This document shows, piece by piece, positions 62,511 through 64,000 of a stretch of DNA of 64,000 bases. Both the position numbers and the translations under genes were made by a program. Position 1 is the stretch's first letter; the number at the start of each line of letters is the position of its first letter. The notes beneath the pieces were generated by a model. The model was not told the DNA's origin, did not search any database, and saw only the letters and a list, made by a program, of their open reading frames with translations. The DNA lies in NCBI GenBank assembly GCA_030390025.1, contig CM059446.1:38254001-38318000 (forward strand), written 5' to 3'. Source of the DNA: Squalus acanthias. Lineage: Eukaryota.

Positions 62511-63131
62511 CCTGGATGAGTGCAGCTCCAACAACACTCAAGAAGCTCAACACCATCCAGGACAAAGCAGGCCGCTTGATTGGCACCCCATCCACCACTT
62601 TAAACATTCACTCCCTCCACCACCGGCGTACCGTGGCTGCAGTGTGCACCATCTACAAGATGCACTGCAGCAACTCGCCAAGGCTTCTTCGACAGCACCT
62701 CCAAAACCCGCGACCTCTACCACCTAGAAGGACAAGGGCAGCAGGCGCATGGGAACACCATCACCTCCAAGTTCCCCTCCAAGTCACACACCATTCTGAC
62801 TTAAATGAGAAGTCGCAAAACACCAGGTTATAGTCCAACAGTTTTATTTAAAATTACGAGCTTTCGGAGCTGCTGCCCCTTCGTCAGGTAGAGGTACCGT
62901 CAGGCATCTCCGCATCATTCTGACTTAGAAATATATCGCTGTTCCTTCATCATCACTGGGTCAAAATCCTGGAACTCCCTCCCTAACAACACCTTGGGAG
63001 TACCTTCACCACAAGGACTGCAGCGGTTCAAGAAGGCAACTCACCACCACCTTCTCAAGGGTAATTCGGGATGGGCAATAAATGCTGGCCTTGCCAGCAA
63101 CGCCCACATCCCAGGAACGAATAAAAAAAAA
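62511..63131 (+). mobile_element. Non-LTR retrotransposon 3' end (same family as 25762-26256) with a nested insertion
   Basis: MSAAPTTLKKLNTIQDKAGRLIG...; tail cccacatcccaggaacgaataaaaaaaaa. Confidence 0.9.
62804..62915 (+). mobile_element. 112-bp Penelope-like-element remnant (same family as 55256-55597)
   Basis: 12-bp TSD cattctgactta (62792-62803 and 62916-62927); one arm caccaggttatagtccaacagttttattt...ctttcggagc, then terminus ggcatctccgcat in the opposite orientation; hammerhead motif on the minus strand at 62855-62890. Confidence 0.88.
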
Positions 63132-64000
63132 TGGAAATTGCTCCAGGGAAGAGATATAGAAACATATGGGATCAGAGGGATCCAAGGGATTGAAAATGGA
63201 CTAAATCAACACGATTACCCAGATGAATGAGCAGAAACTGGGTGGAATCAGTAACACTGACTTGTATGAGTGATGAAGGACTGGGTGGCATCAGAACCAA
63301 CAAAGACAAATGGAACCGGGTGGAATCAGCAAGACTGCCCAGGAAAACAATGTGGAAGTTAGTCAAGTCACTGAGATTAGCCCAGATCAGTAATGTGGAA
63401 CCAACTGAAATCACAGAGACCGGCCAAGAGGAATAGATGTACAAGTGGGTCATCTTGCTAATTTCACCTACTTTCACACTCACATGGGCCAAATTCCACC
63501 TTCTTTCATATCATTCTCTCTCAATCAGAGGGACTGTTCCAGGAGAATATTTAGAAGCGGATAGGCCAGAAAGATTTTTATGCAAATAGATGGAATCAGT
63601 GAACATGTTTCTTATTAAAGAAAACCTCAAATATGCAAGCAGCTCATTATTAATCTTCCTCAGCCATGAGCTCCTAGCTCACACCCTACACTGAACATTT
63701 AATTGCACTCAAATTGTGCTATGAAATATTTGCAACAATACATTAATTCCTTTGTTAAAATAGAAGACAGGGGAGTTTCCTATGAACACATTGTGCATGT
63801 TATTACTATTAACAGTATGATTTCAACATTCAAGTGTGAATTAACATCCTGGATGTACCCATCACAACACATGGTATGGGTATTCATTAGTACATTATAT
63901 CCCCTCTATTCTTCAAGGTGTTAAAGGTATCTGCTCAGCTAACTCGAACTGGTGTATTGTTATTATTTATTCACAACCCGCTAATAATAGACTCTGTTAG

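Noticed and set aside
63150-63550. Purine-rich segment with short ORFs on both strands
   Set aside because: No recognisable motif; probably an old repeat, but not assignable by eye.
1-64000. CRISPR array, operon or other prokaryotic system
   Set aside because: No regularly spaced repeat-spacer array and no dense coding; content is vertebrate non-coding DNA with transposons.

Overview
Eukaryotic, AT-rich non-coding vertebrate DNA. The repeat families point to a shark or other cartilaginous fish (inference): DeuSINE/SacSINE1-like SINEs, CR1, L2, RTE, Penelope-like elements and PIF/Harbinger elements. I found no supportable host protein-coding exon, rRNA, true tRNA gene or CRISPR array. Every ORF I could assign a product to is transposon-derived; the other short ORFs are unassigned. 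Two repeat-poor stretches (about 0.3-11.3 kb and 38.3-46.5 kb) look like regulatory, gene-desert or large-intron sequence. They alternate with nested transposon clusters. Most notable: (1) a spacer-less, apparently perfect 304-bp palindrome (55294-55597) inside a TSD-flanked Penelope-type insertion, with a minimal hammerhead-ribozyme motif on each strand; (2) a 112-bp collapsed sibling at 62804-62915 whose hammerhead shows a compensatory base-pair change; (3) a young TSD-flanked RTE retrotransposon with an intact AP-endonuclease ORF but the RT domain deleted; (4) two LINE-tail copies with the same 5' end; (5) a diverged local duplication carrying a 36-nt AG...GTAAG micro-exon-like unit; (6) a decayed two-gene Harbinger transposon plus several MITEs. 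All calls were made by eye. Family names come from recall, and boundaries without a TSD are approximate.
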